Source: Acaryochloridaceae cyanobacterium VAR_48_metabat_390
Lineage (GTDB): Bacteria > Cyanobacteriota > Cyanobacteriia > Thermosynechococcales > Thermosynechococcaceae
Assembly: GCA_031422435.1 (NCBI GenBank)
Contig: JANPLU010000079.1
Span: 1-54,230, forward strand
Length of the DNA: 54,230 nt
Reading direction: 5' to 3'
Shown: in pieces, positions 1-8,630 of the stretch
Layout: each line of letters opens with the position of its first letter
Position numbering within the stretch: position 1 is the stretch's first letter
The notes under the pieces: generated by a model
What the model saw: only the letters and a program-made list of their open reading frames with translations
Databases searched by the model: none
Told to the model about the DNA's origin: nothing
Position numbers and translations under genes: made by a program

Positions 1-1129
1 CCCCGATATCGACATTGTGGTCGAGGTCATGGGCGGCATTGAGCCAGCGCGGAGCTTGATTTTGAAGGCGATCGCCCACGGTAAGCATGTCGTGACCGCC
101 AACAAAGCCGTTATTTCTCGACATGGGGATGAAATTTTTACAGCGGCAAATCAGGCTGGTGTTTACGTCATGATTGAAGCGGCAGTTGCAGGGGGCATCC
201 CCGTCATTCAGCCCCTAAAGCAGTCGATGGGTGCCAATCGCATTACTTCGGTGATGGGCATTCTCAACGGCACCACCAACTACATCCTGACTCAAATGCA
301 GCAGTCAGGCCGCAGCTTTGACGACATCTTGGCAGATGCCCAGCGCCTTGGCTACGCCGAAGCAGACCCTACCGCCGACGTGGATGGGTTAGATGCAGGC
401 GACAAAATTGCAATTTTGGCCTCCCTTGCCTTTGGAGGCCGCATTAAGCTCGACGACGTTCACCGCGAAGGCATTCGGGCGGTCAGCGCCTCGGATATTG
501 CCTATGCTGATAAGCTGGGGTTTGTCATTAAATTACTGGCGATCGCCAAACGACCCAACCCAGCATCTTCAGATACTGGCATTCCTGATCGGCTTCAGGT
601 GCGCGTCCACGCAACTCTAGTGCCCAAAGCCCATCCCCTTGCCAGCGTGAATGATGTTTATAACGCCATTTTGCTAGAAGGCGAACCGTTAGGGCAGGTC
701 ATGTTCTTTGGACCTGGCGCAGGCGCAGGGCCAACCGCCAGCGCCGTCGTCTCGGATATTATTAACATTGCAGCGTTACTCAAAGCTGGTTTGGCAGTGA
801 CCAAAACAGATACGCAGTCCATCCACCCGCTCTTAGCCTGTTCTCATCACTCATACAGTCAGGTTGAGCCAATTTCTGAGCTGGTGACGCGGTTTTACGT
901 TCGGTTTTTGACCAAAGATCATCCTGGCGTCATTGGTAAGCTGGGCACCTGCTTTGGCAATCATGGCGTGAGCTTAGAATCGCTAGTGCAGACTGGCATT
1001 CAGGATGCGCTAGTAGAAATTGTGGTGGTCACTCATGCCGTACGTGAAGGAGCGTTTCATACCGCCCTTAAGGAGATTCGTACCCTTGAAGCGGTTAATC
1101 GCATTGCAAGTCTGTTGCGTGTTTTGTAA
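1..1129 (+). CDS. hom: Homoserine dehydrogenase, 5'-truncated by window edge, with C-terminal ACT domain
   Basis: Motifs VEVMGG, VVTANKA, EAAVAGGIP, ILNGTTNYIL, GYAEADPTADVDG, GPGAGAGPTASAV and ACT-like DHPGVIGKLG; the frame is open to the window start. Confidence 0.95.
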   Translation, partial: PDIDIVVEVMGGIEPARSLILKAIAHGKHVVTANKAVISRHGDEIFTAANQAGVYVMIEAAVAGGIPVIQPLKQSMGANRITSVMGILNGTTNYILTQMQQSGRSFDDILADAQRLGYAEADPTADVDGLDAGDKIAILASLAFGGRIKLDDVHREGIRAVSASDIAYADKLGFVIKLLAIAKRPNPASSDTGIPDRLQVRVHATLVPKAHPLASVNDVYNAILLEGEPLGQVMFFGPGAGAGPTASAVVSDIINIAALLKAGLAVTKTDTQSIHPLLACSHHSYSQVEPISELVTRFYVRFLTKDHPGVIGKLGTCFGNHGVSLESLVQTGIQDALVEIVVVTHAVREGAFHTALKEIRTLEAVNRIASLLRVL

Positions 1130-1200
1130 ACACCCATCGGTCGTGAAATAAAAGATAGACTGGCTGAGCTGCGCCGATTTAGTAATCTCAATTCCATACC

Positions 1201-1359
1201 TCAGTAGTCGCTGTCCGCGACACACAGCCCCTTACACTTAATGCCGTTTGTTGCCGTGCGCTGGCAATGAGGACAAAGAACCTTTTCATTCTCTGCTTCT
1301 AGATCAGTTCTTACGTTGGTGTTGGTCTGTACGTTTTGAGTCTTGGTCTGGGGGTTCAC
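1201..1359 (-). CDS. 52-aa small protein with CxxC...CxxxC, putative metal-binding; absent from ORF track
   Basis: Manual translation from GTG 1359 to TGA 1203-1201: MNPQTKTQNVQTNTNVRTDLEAENEKVLCPHCQRTATNGIKCKGLCVADSDY; the C-terminal half resembles a conserved cyanobacterial hypothetical I recall. Confidence 0.8.
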   Translation of the reverse strand: MNPQTKTQNVQTNTNVRTDLEAENEKVLCPHCQRTATNGIKCKGLCVADSDY

Positions 1360-1762
1360 AGGCGTCAGAAGGCAGAAGGACTGTTGTGCTTTGTCTCTTA
1401 CATTTTACAAGTGGATATTGATTTGAATATTCAGATAAAAATCCTGAAGGAAAATGCGTCATTGAGGTCTATGGCGGGGAAGTATAGCTTTATATCCAAG
1501 TTTCTGATCACTCGCGGTGCCTCAAGTCTTTACGGTATCCGTGAGACAAAGCAGCAGCTAACTTTAGATTGCTAAATCCTGTCTCTTTGCCTAAGTGAAT
1601 AAGGCTGAATGAGCGCACTGAAAAGCAAGCGTCTGAATGACACATACGGTCATTTTAGGCTGGAGCGCTTTGCCCCAATCTATGTTGACGACATTGAGAT
1701 AACGGTAAACGCGACACTGAGCAAGACATTTTTTGATAAAGGGGGGCTAATTGATAGAGACC

Positions 1763-2623
1763 ATGAATTCAAAGCGAAGCGGAACACCCAAAACACCCAA
1801 GCGAACCTCTTCACCCCAAAATAAGGGTGTACAAGCTTCGCTGACTCAAGATATATCTGTATTAGCCGGTGCTGTACTGTTACAAGCAGCTCCCGAAGAA
1901 GCCAGCAAAGGTCGCCGTATTCAAGGCTATGAGGTCGATTGGCAACGATGGGATCGACTCGCGCAACAGCTGGGTGATAAAAAAGAATCCCAGGCCGCGC
2001 TATTTCACTATCTTCTTGAAATCGCTGAAACTCGAACAACTGATGCTGGGCTAAATTTAAAATCAGACGTATTGCTGGAGCGTGAAGACGAATTGCCTCA
2101 AGAACAAACTTTGACCGAGTTAATGACCCACCTCCCGTCGCTTTTGTCAGCGATGACCTCGCTGACGCTTCAGTTTCAGCAGAATCAACAGCAGCAGCAG
2201 CAGCTTAATCTTTTATTGGCGCAGGTTTTACAGGCACTGACTAGCGGCGGCGGCACAGACCTTCTTGCCTCCCCTCGTAAAACCAGTGGCGCATCAGCGG
2301 CTCGAGATAGTTTTGCTACCTTGAACAGTCAAAATCTGAAAAAAAGCCACGCCAAGGGCAGTGCTGAAGAAAAGCTAAAACGAGCTTTTGAGGCCATTGT
2401 TGCGCACAATGAAACCCCCAATCGCAGTCACGCCGATAAGTGGGCGATTAATCAAAATGCTCTGGCTGAACTAACGGGATGCAATCGACCCGCCATTAAG
2501 CATTTCTTGAAGGAGTATGCAGCGGAAATTGAGCGGCAGCACCAAGTTCATGATTTGCTACCGCGCCACAACTATGCCCATGGCAAGCTAGGTATCAAGA
2601 TTACAGATATTATTTCTTGGTAA
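1763..2623 (+). CDS. Hypothetical protein; C-terminal region resembles the non-catalytic tail of cyanobacterial protelomerase-family proteins
   Basis: Long ORF (ATG 1763; track uses TTG 1751); GSAEEKLKRAFEAIVAHN...KWAINQNALAELTGCNRPAIK...HN...ITDIISW; family link recalled, not searched. Confidence 0.6.
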   Translation: MNSKRSGTPKTPKRTSSPQNKGVQASLTQDISVLAGAVLLQAAPEEASKGRRIQGYEVDWQRWDRLAQQLGDKKESQAALFHYLLEIAETRTTDAGLNLKSDVLLEREDELPQEQTLTELMTHLPSLLSAMTSLTLQFQQNQQQQQQLNLLLAQVLQALTSGGGTDLLASPRKTSGASAARDSFATLNSQNLKKSHAKGSAEEKLKRAFEAIVAHNETPNRSHADKWAINQNALAELTGCNRPAIKHFLKEYAAEIERQHQVHDLLPRHNYAHGKLGIKITDIISW

Positions 2624-2656
2624 ATGGATTGCCCAAGGCTGCTGCCGTTCAGGTCG

Positions 2657-3769
2657 CTACTGAGCGCGCTCCCATAGACGACCAATATCCTGTAGGGTTT
2701 GTAGGCTAGGGGAGTTGACCGCCGGATTGCTCGGCTTGGCCTGGGCTCCTGGAATGCCCTGTTGCCAAAGGTTTCCGGCAACAGCCTCAATTTGAACGGA
2801 GGGGTTAATTGATCGAAATCCATACTGTACCAAGACAGTTTGGGATGTCGGCTGCGTTAATTCCTTTAAAAACGTCTGTGCCGCTTTTGCCGTACCCTCA
2901 TCTACGTTTCGCTTTACGATTGCTGCGGTTGAAACCGTTTCAACGGTGGGGTTAATGTCGTAGATTTGGTACGGCTGACTCTGTGAGGTTTTGGACTGTG
3001 CCCATCGGTACAGAGCAATGCTTTCGTAATCGGTGGCAATGTCTGCTTCGTTCGCGCCCTTTGCGATAAATTCTTGAAGCAAAATATCGCTGGAGCGAGG
3101 GGGCTGATAAACCGATCGCTTTACTAGGCTGACTAGAGACTGTGCCGCTGGCGTACTGAGGTCTGCTGCATTGAGGGTGGACTGCTTAAGTTTAGACTCT
3201 AGCCACAGACCCAAGCTGACTTGACCGCTGTTGGATCGGGTAGGGTCAGTCATTTTAAAGTCAAAACTACCCCAGGCTGCTGTGCCGCCACTCACGCTGC
3301 CCCAGCTTTGAGCTTTCATCGCCTGCTCAATACGCTCCCATCGAAATTTACCGTCTGGGAAGAGTGCCTTGCCGCGCTCTGTCCAGGCGATCGCCACCAG
3401 TCGCGTTTTGGCAATGGGTACTGGGGTGCCGTAGAAAGCGGCGCTATTGTTCTGCGTTTGCCAGCGTGTTTCTAAATCTTTGAGCAGCTCGCCATTGGCA
3501 GGGATTAAAATCGTCGGCTGAAAATCGTTTTTATCATCTATAAACCGATTCACCATATCTAGTGAACCCTGGTTTTTGAGGGTGATTTCAATATCAGGGT
3601 GCTGCTGCTGAAACTGCAAGATAATTTTCTGCAATGGCTCTTGAAGTTCAGTGCCGCTGACGATGATGACGGAGTGCTTTGTGCCTGGGATGGGTGCGTA
3701 GGCTAAGCCCAATGCCGCCGCAATCATGGCGATGGAGAGATAAAGCGATCGCTGCTTTGGTTTTGCCAT
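2657..3769 (-). CDS. Extracellular solute-binding protein (SBP_bac_11-like)
   Basis: N-terminal hydrophobic anchor; VSGTEL, GSLDM, TDPTRSNSG, YES motifs. Confidence 0.8.
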   Translation of the reverse strand: MAKPKQRSLYLSIAMIAAALGLAYAPIPGTKHSVIIVSGTELQEPLQKIILQFQQQHPDIEITLKNQGSLDMVNRFIDDKNDFQPTILIPANGELLKDLETRWQTQNNSAAFYGTPVPIAKTRLVAIAWTERGKALFPDGKFRWERIEQAMKAQSWGSVSGGTAAWGSFDFKMTDPTRSNSGQVSLGLWLESKLKQSTLNAADLSTPAAQSLVSLVKRSVYQPPRSSDILLQEFIAKGANEADIATDYESIALYRWAQSKTSQSQPYQIYDINPTVETVSTAAIVKRNVDEGTAKAAQTFLKELTQPTSQTVLVQYGFRSINPSVQIEAVAGNLWQQGIPGAQAKPSNPAVNSPSLQTLQDIGRLWERAQ

Positions 3770-3776
3770 ACTTCCC

Positions 3777-4502
3777 TTAACGCACCACCAGTAAATCTAG
3801 ATTTTCTTGAAAGTCTCGCAGTTCGTTGCTAAGGGACTGAAGTTGGGCGGTCTGGGTACTGTCTTCTAAATCCAGCGATCGCAGTTGATTTTGCATGGTC
3901 TGAAGTACCCCAGCAGACTCTAAAATCAGCGTTGACAGGCTCAGTACCTGCGCCTGTCGCGCATCTTGCCCTTGCTGCACGAGCTGAATATTGCGTCGCA
4001 GACTCTCAGCGAGTTTATGGAGCTGCGCTTGTGCCGCCTCACCCGAACTGGTTTGAAGCTTGCTCTCAACCTCACGGAGCTGATGCTGAAGTTCCCCCAC
4101 GGACAAAATGGAGTCTTCGCCCTGTAGACGCTGGGCTAGTTCGTCAATTTTAGTGGGCAGTTCACAGGTGCGTTCGCAGGCGTACTGCACGGTGCCTAAT
4201 AGCTCCATGTAGGGCGATGTGCCCAAAATCTGATTTGCCTCAGCCCCTAATTTCTGGGCTTTTTGGGCTAAGGTTTGCGCCTGTTGCCGGATGCCCGACA
4301 GCTCTTTATCGAGCTTTGGATTATTGGCAGGTTTGGTGCTGGATGCCGCAGGGGTGAGCAGTGCAGCGCTGAGGGTAGAGACGGCGATCGCCACGGGGAC
4401 AACGATCACGATCTGCCCCTTTGCCAAGCGAACCCCCAGCACTAGCGTTAAGCAGCCCAAAAACACAGCAGCAGGGCTATACAGCGGATTAATCCATTTC
4501 AT
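3777..4502 (-). CDS. Hypothetical membrane-anchored coiled-coil protein
   Basis: Two N-terminal hydrophobic segments then Q/L/E-rich heptads; 7-nt and 18-nt gaps to neighbours. Confidence 0.75.
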   Translation of the reverse strand: MKWINPLYSPAAVFLGCLTLVLGVRLAKGQIVIVVPVAIAVSTLSAALLTPAASSTKPANNPKLDKELSGIRQQAQTLAQKAQKLGAEANQILGTSPYMELLGTVQYACERTCELPTKIDELAQRLQGEDSILSVGELQHQLREVESKLQTSSGEAAQAQLHKLAESLRRNIQLVQQGQDARQAQVLSLSTLILESAGVLQTMQNQLRSLDLEDSTQTAQLQSLSNELRDFQENLDLLVVR

Positions 4503-4520
4503 ACGGCTCTACCCTTGAGG

Positions 4521-6254
4521 CTAAAATTCCACCTGTAAATTTGCCATCAGTTTTGCAATCGAAGCCGGATCGCCCTGAGAATAGTAGCCGCCATTAGCAC
4601 TCGCAATTTGCTTGAGAACCTCTGGGCTAAACTCTCCGGCATTCCCGTAGCCCACGGTAAAGACCGCAATGCGCTGGTCGCTTTCAAACCCGCTCTTTTT
4701 CAGCTCGGCTTCCAATTGCGCAAGGGCAAGTTGAGAATCGGTATCTTTCCCGTCGGTCAACACCACCACTGCATTAATGCCGTCTTTGCGCAAATTCCCC
4801 GACAGCCAATCACGCGCTGCACTGGTTGCATCGTACAGCTTGGTGCCGCCCTCTGCCCTTAACCCTGCGATAAACTCAATCCCTTTAGCTTTGCCTGCTG
4901 CCGTCCCATCTGCCAAAACAGGAGGCCGCACTTGGCTGTCAAAATCAAACAGCGCGACTTCTTCTTTTGACCCAAGGTTATTGATATAGGCCTGCAAGGT
5001 AGACTGTGCCGCCGCAATTTTTGCCCCAGACATGGAGCCAGAAGAATCGACCACCAGCGCAACGCGAGAGGGCTTCTTGGCAAATTCTTGCCAAGACTTG
5101 AGCATGGCATCGACCACCTTTGGCTTAGGTGCGCGGTAAGAGTCGTACTGTGCTTGAGGATTGACGCCAAAGGCTTTGGTAAACTTAGCCCCCAGCGCAA
5201 TCCCTGGAACCCCTGGTCTAAGCCCTAGATTTGTCGCAATTTGCTGGGCTTGGGGCGATCGCAGATAGTCCAGCACTTTCTCAGCAGCGGCCTTCTCATC
5301 GGCGCTGACCCACGGCGCGTTAGGTAAAATCGCTCGCATATTGGAGGTGAAGGTTGCCTTCGGGTACACCGCCTCATAGCGAGGCTGTCCGGCTGGGATT
5401 CCGTCATTGGCGGCAATCACAGAAGACTCATAGACAGAACCCACCGAGGCCCAAAAGACCCCGTTTTGCACCATCGCCTTTGCCAGAGAATCGGTTGAAA
5501 CCCCGTAGCGCGTAATCTTGCTCTGAATTTGCTGCACTTTGCCCTGATACTGCCCAATTTCTGCGGGAGTCAACTGTTCGGGGCGTTTGCCAGAGACTGC
5601 TGCAAACTGAGCCACCAGCGTTTGCAGCCCAGAATTAGAGCGCGTGGGCGCAGTGTGGACATAGTGAATAGGAATGGCCTGAGCAGAAGCATCTAACGCC
5701 TGATGATTTTTAGCGGTTGCCAGCGCCTTAAACGGTTCTGCTGCTTTTTGTAACCCTGGTGCTAAGGCAGCTTGGGTCATAAACACCATGGGGCTATTGG
5801 CAATAAGGGGCGCATCCGCCACGTCAGGAATGTACTTTTGCCCTGGAAAAACCTGGTTAATCTGGTAGACCAGCTGGCTTAAATAAATGTCGCCATCCAC
5901 CGAAATGAGCGTAGGCCATTCGGGGTCATCAGCCTTGAGTGTGCCAGCTTGGAGCTGCTGCGATCGCCCCACCACATCCGTCACTACATCCCCACTACCT
6001 TGCGCCACACAGGTTAAGTAGAAAGCTTTACCATCTGCAAGCTTGGGCGACTGCGCATTGTACTGCGCGGCCGCCTGCTGACAGAATTGTCCGAGGGCGC
6101 TGCCCACCAAAAACTTCACTTCAAACCCAGGAAACTGAGTTTGCTGCGTTGGGTTGGAGGGTTCAGTACCCGCACAGCCAGTCCCGAGCAGAACAAAACC
6201 CAAGCAGAACGAAAGCGTACAGAAGCGCTGGGAAACCATATAGATCCTCATCAC
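4521..6254 (-). CDS. Solute-binding domain plus C-terminal vWA domain lipoprotein
   Basis: Lipobox-like LLGTGC; TAPTRSNSG and VYES; vWA MIDAS DSSGS...GGT...LTDG; start overlaps murF stop (GTGATG). Confidence 0.85.
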   Translation of the reverse strand: MMRIYMVSQRFCTLSFCLGFVLLGTGCAGTEPSNPTQQTQFPGFEVKFLVGSALGQFCQQAAAQYNAQSPKLADGKAFYLTCVAQGSGDVVTDVVGRSQQLQAGTLKADDPEWPTLISVDGDIYLSQLVYQINQVFPGQKYIPDVADAPLIANSPMVFMTQAALAPGLQKAAEPFKALATAKNHQALDASAQAIPIHYVHTAPTRSNSGLQTLVAQFAAVSGKRPEQLTPAEIGQYQGKVQQIQSKITRYGVSTDSLAKAMVQNGVFWASVGSVYESSVIAANDGIPAGQPRYEAVYPKATFTSNMRAILPNAPWVSADEKAAAEKVLDYLRSPQAQQIATNLGLRPGVPGIALGAKFTKAFGVNPQAQYDSYRAPKPKVVDAMLKSWQEFAKKPSRVALVVDSSGSMSGAKIAAAQSTLQAYINNLGSKEEVALFDFDSQVRPPVLADGTAAGKAKGIEFIAGLRAEGGTKLYDATSAARDWLSGNLRKDGINAVVVLTDGKDTDSQLALAQLEAELKKSGFESDQRIAVFTVGYGNAGEFSPEVLKQIASANGGYYSQGDPASIAKLMANLQVEF

Positions 6255-7615
6255 AAACGAACCTTCAGGGCATTAACAACTCGATCTAGGCCAACGGCAT
6301 GGGATGCTTTAAACAAAAGTCGATCGCCCTTCTCGACCCCATTCATCAGATGCTCGACCAGTGCATTATGGGTGTCAAACTGCTGAGTCGGTACAGTGGT
6401 GACACCTTGGGCGATCGCCGTTCCCTCTGCCCCAGTATCTAAAATATAGAGGGCATCAATCTTGAGCGTTTCCACCTGCTCACCCACCTTGCGGTGCAGT
6501 TCTTCGGCATAGTTTCCCAGCTCTTTCATTGGGCCTAAAACCGCAATGCGACGTGTTCCTGGGGTTTGAGCCAGCAGCTTTAGGGCTGCTGCCATTGATT
6601 CTGCCCCTGCATTGTAGGTTTCATCCAGCAGCACAATATCGTTGGGGAGCGTATACTGCTGCGCCCGTCCTTCGGGGAGGTTTACGGTGATGCCCTGGCG
6701 TAACGGTGCATCGTCTAACAAAAGCGATCGCATTATGGCAAGCACTGCCAAAAAATTCAGCGCATTGTGTTCTCCTGGCAGCGGCAGTGGGTAGGAGATG
6801 CCCTCAACTTCAATGGTTTTGTCGTCAATGATTGTGCCGCGCAGATCTCCCGTTGAGAGGCCATAGGTAATGGTGCGACCTTTCCAGACGGTTTGAGCGG
6901 TCTCTAACAGCAGCGGATTCTCAGCATTGAGAATGGCAATCCCGTCGGGTGGCATGGTAGCTAAGAGTTCGCACTTGGCACGGGCGATCGCCTCCCGTGA
7001 TCCCAGTCGTCCAATGTGGGCGGTTCCTACGTTGGTAATGACTCCAATCGTCGGTTGTGCAATATGGGTTAGTGCCTCAATTTCACCCGCAGCGCGCATC
7101 CCCATTTCAATTACGGCAAAATCATGGTGGTTGCACAAATTGAGGAGGGTTTTAGGAACGCCAATTTCATTATTGAAGTTAGCCTCTGTTTTCAGAACTG
7201 ACCCTACTGTTGAAAGCGCTGCCGCAATCAGCTCTTTTGTGGTTGTTTTGCCCACGGAACCCGTAATGGCAATGACTGGAATTGAGAACTGCTCACGCCA
7301 CCATCGCCCCAAGGTTTGGTATGCGGTTAGCGTATTTTCGACCAATATCTGAGGCACGTCTGCACTAATAGACTGCTCTACAATTGCCGCAATCGCTCTC
7401 GGAGCAGACGCTTGGTGCGGAGCCAATGCCTGCTCCACAAATCGATGCCCATCAAAGCTTTCCCCTCGCAGTGCTAGAAATAGTTCCCCAGGCTGAATGG
7501 CGCGACTATCGGTATTGAGTCCAAGGGCAGTCTGCGATCGCAGATGCTCTGGAACGTTCATCGGCGTGGCATTGAGGACATCAATAAGCTGTGTGAGGGT
7601 CACTTGAAAGGTCAT
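6251..7615 (-). CDS. murF: UDP-N-acetylmuramoyl-tripeptide--D-alanyl-D-alanine ligase
   Basis: TDSR, LRGESFDGH, ITGSVGKTTTKE, NNEIGVP, EMGM, YNA, VLGPMKELG, KAS. Confidence 0.96.
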   Translation of the reverse strand: MTFQVTLTQLIDVLNATPMNVPEHLRSQTALGLNTDSRAIQPGELFLALRGESFDGHRFVEQALAPHQASAPRAIAAIVEQSISADVPQILVENTLTAYQTLGRWWREQFSIPVIAITGSVGKTTTKELIAAALSTVGSVLKTEANFNNEIGVPKTLLNLCNHHDFAVIEMGMRAAGEIEALTHIAQPTIGVITNVGTAHIGRLGSREAIARAKCELLATMPPDGIAILNAENPLLLETAQTVWKGRTITYGLSTGDLRGTIIDDKTIEVEGISYPLPLPGEHNALNFLAVLAIMRSLLLDDAPLRQGITVNLPEGRAQQYTLPNDIVLLDETYNAGAESMAAALKLLAQTPGTRRIAVLGPMKELGNYAEELHRKVGEQVETLKIDALYILDTGAEGTAIAQGVTTVPTQQFDTHNALVEHLMNGVEKGDRLLFKASHAVGLDRVVNALKVRL

Positions 7616-7796
7616 ACAAACGCGTGATGAGGGTCTATCCGCCTGTAATGTACCACTCCAACCTACGGTTTAAGCCTTGGAGACGACGAATCTTTAAGCC
7701 GCTAAGCTATTTTGTTCTGCTACTGAGGCGCTATCAAAACCCGCGTGAGATTGACAGGGAATACGCTATGGTGCAAACAGAACGGTCGTTTTAAGG

Positions 7797-8360
7797 ATGC
7801 TTTTTATGCCTAATTCGATGAAGGTCTCTGACGATATCACCTTTGACGAGGCTATTTTCCTCACGCAGTCTTTGCTTAACCAGTGCGAGCAGGCAACCCT
7901 CCAGGATTCTGAGTTTGAGGCCGTAGTAAGGGCGCTGACCGCAACACACAATGGAGCAAGGGGCTTTTTTGTAGCGTATCTGACGGATTCGCGGGAGCTG
8001 ATAAATTCCCTGTTGCCCGTTGTGGCTTCAGCCCTCCAGACCTCTCCGGCGATCGCCCCTGAACTATTGGTCAAAAATCTTGCTATGTCTACGGCAATGG
8101 AAATCACCCATCACCGCAACCATAACCCTGATCAGGCCGCTCAATCGGCTCAAGTGCAGCAGCGAACGGCGGCATTAATGAACCAGCTGGGCTTTCCCTA
8201 TTTTAAGGCAGAGGCAGAGGGGCTATGGAAAGGGGTGACGGCGGAGGCAGGCTGCTACGTGGCGTTTCTGAATCGCTGGGGTTATGACACTGAACAGAGG
8301 GATGCGATCGCCCAGCATCTACAGGCAATCTGTCCTAACGTTGCGGCAGTCTCGCTCTAA
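7797..8360 (+). CDS. Conserved cyanobacterial hypothetical protein
   Basis: 187-aa ORF with GARGFFVAYLT, LLVKNLAMSTAM, FLNRWGYD; start uncertain. Confidence 0.75.
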   Translation: MLFMPNSMKVSDDITFDEAIFLTQSLLNQCEQATLQDSEFEAVVRALTATHNGARGFFVAYLTDSRELINSLLPVVASALQTSPAIAPELLVKNLAMSTAMEITHHRNHNPDQAAQSAQVQQRTAALMNQLGFPYFKAEAEGLWKGVTAEAGCYVAFLNRWGYDTEQRDAIAQHLQAICPNVAAVSL

Positions 8361-8630
8361 AAAGGGGAAACGTTATGATCCGTTTTAGTCTTAGTCAATC
8401 ACCTAAAACAGTATCTACATCAAGTCTCAGTTCAGTTAATGGAGTAAGTAGAGCGTCAATTCATGACGCTTCAGGAAGTTTAAGTTCTGTCCAGACAGTA
8501 GATTCTAAATTGTCATCTCCCTATGGATAGAAACTCAGATAAAGACATGGATGGATGGCACGTCTGACATTCTGCTCTAACGTAGATAATAAGATAAATA
8601 TTTACCCTACTTTAGTGAGAGGTCAAACTC

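Noticed and set aside
1387..1553. 11-bp inverted repeat TGCTTTGTCTC / GAGACAAAGCA as a second MITE
   Set aside because: Short, with no flanking target duplication seen; compatible with chance or promoter elements
1336..2054. Short ORFs 1336..1575, 1609..1824, 1680..2039 and 1869..2054
   Set aside because: No recognisable motifs, and they overlap better-supported genes or promoter DNA
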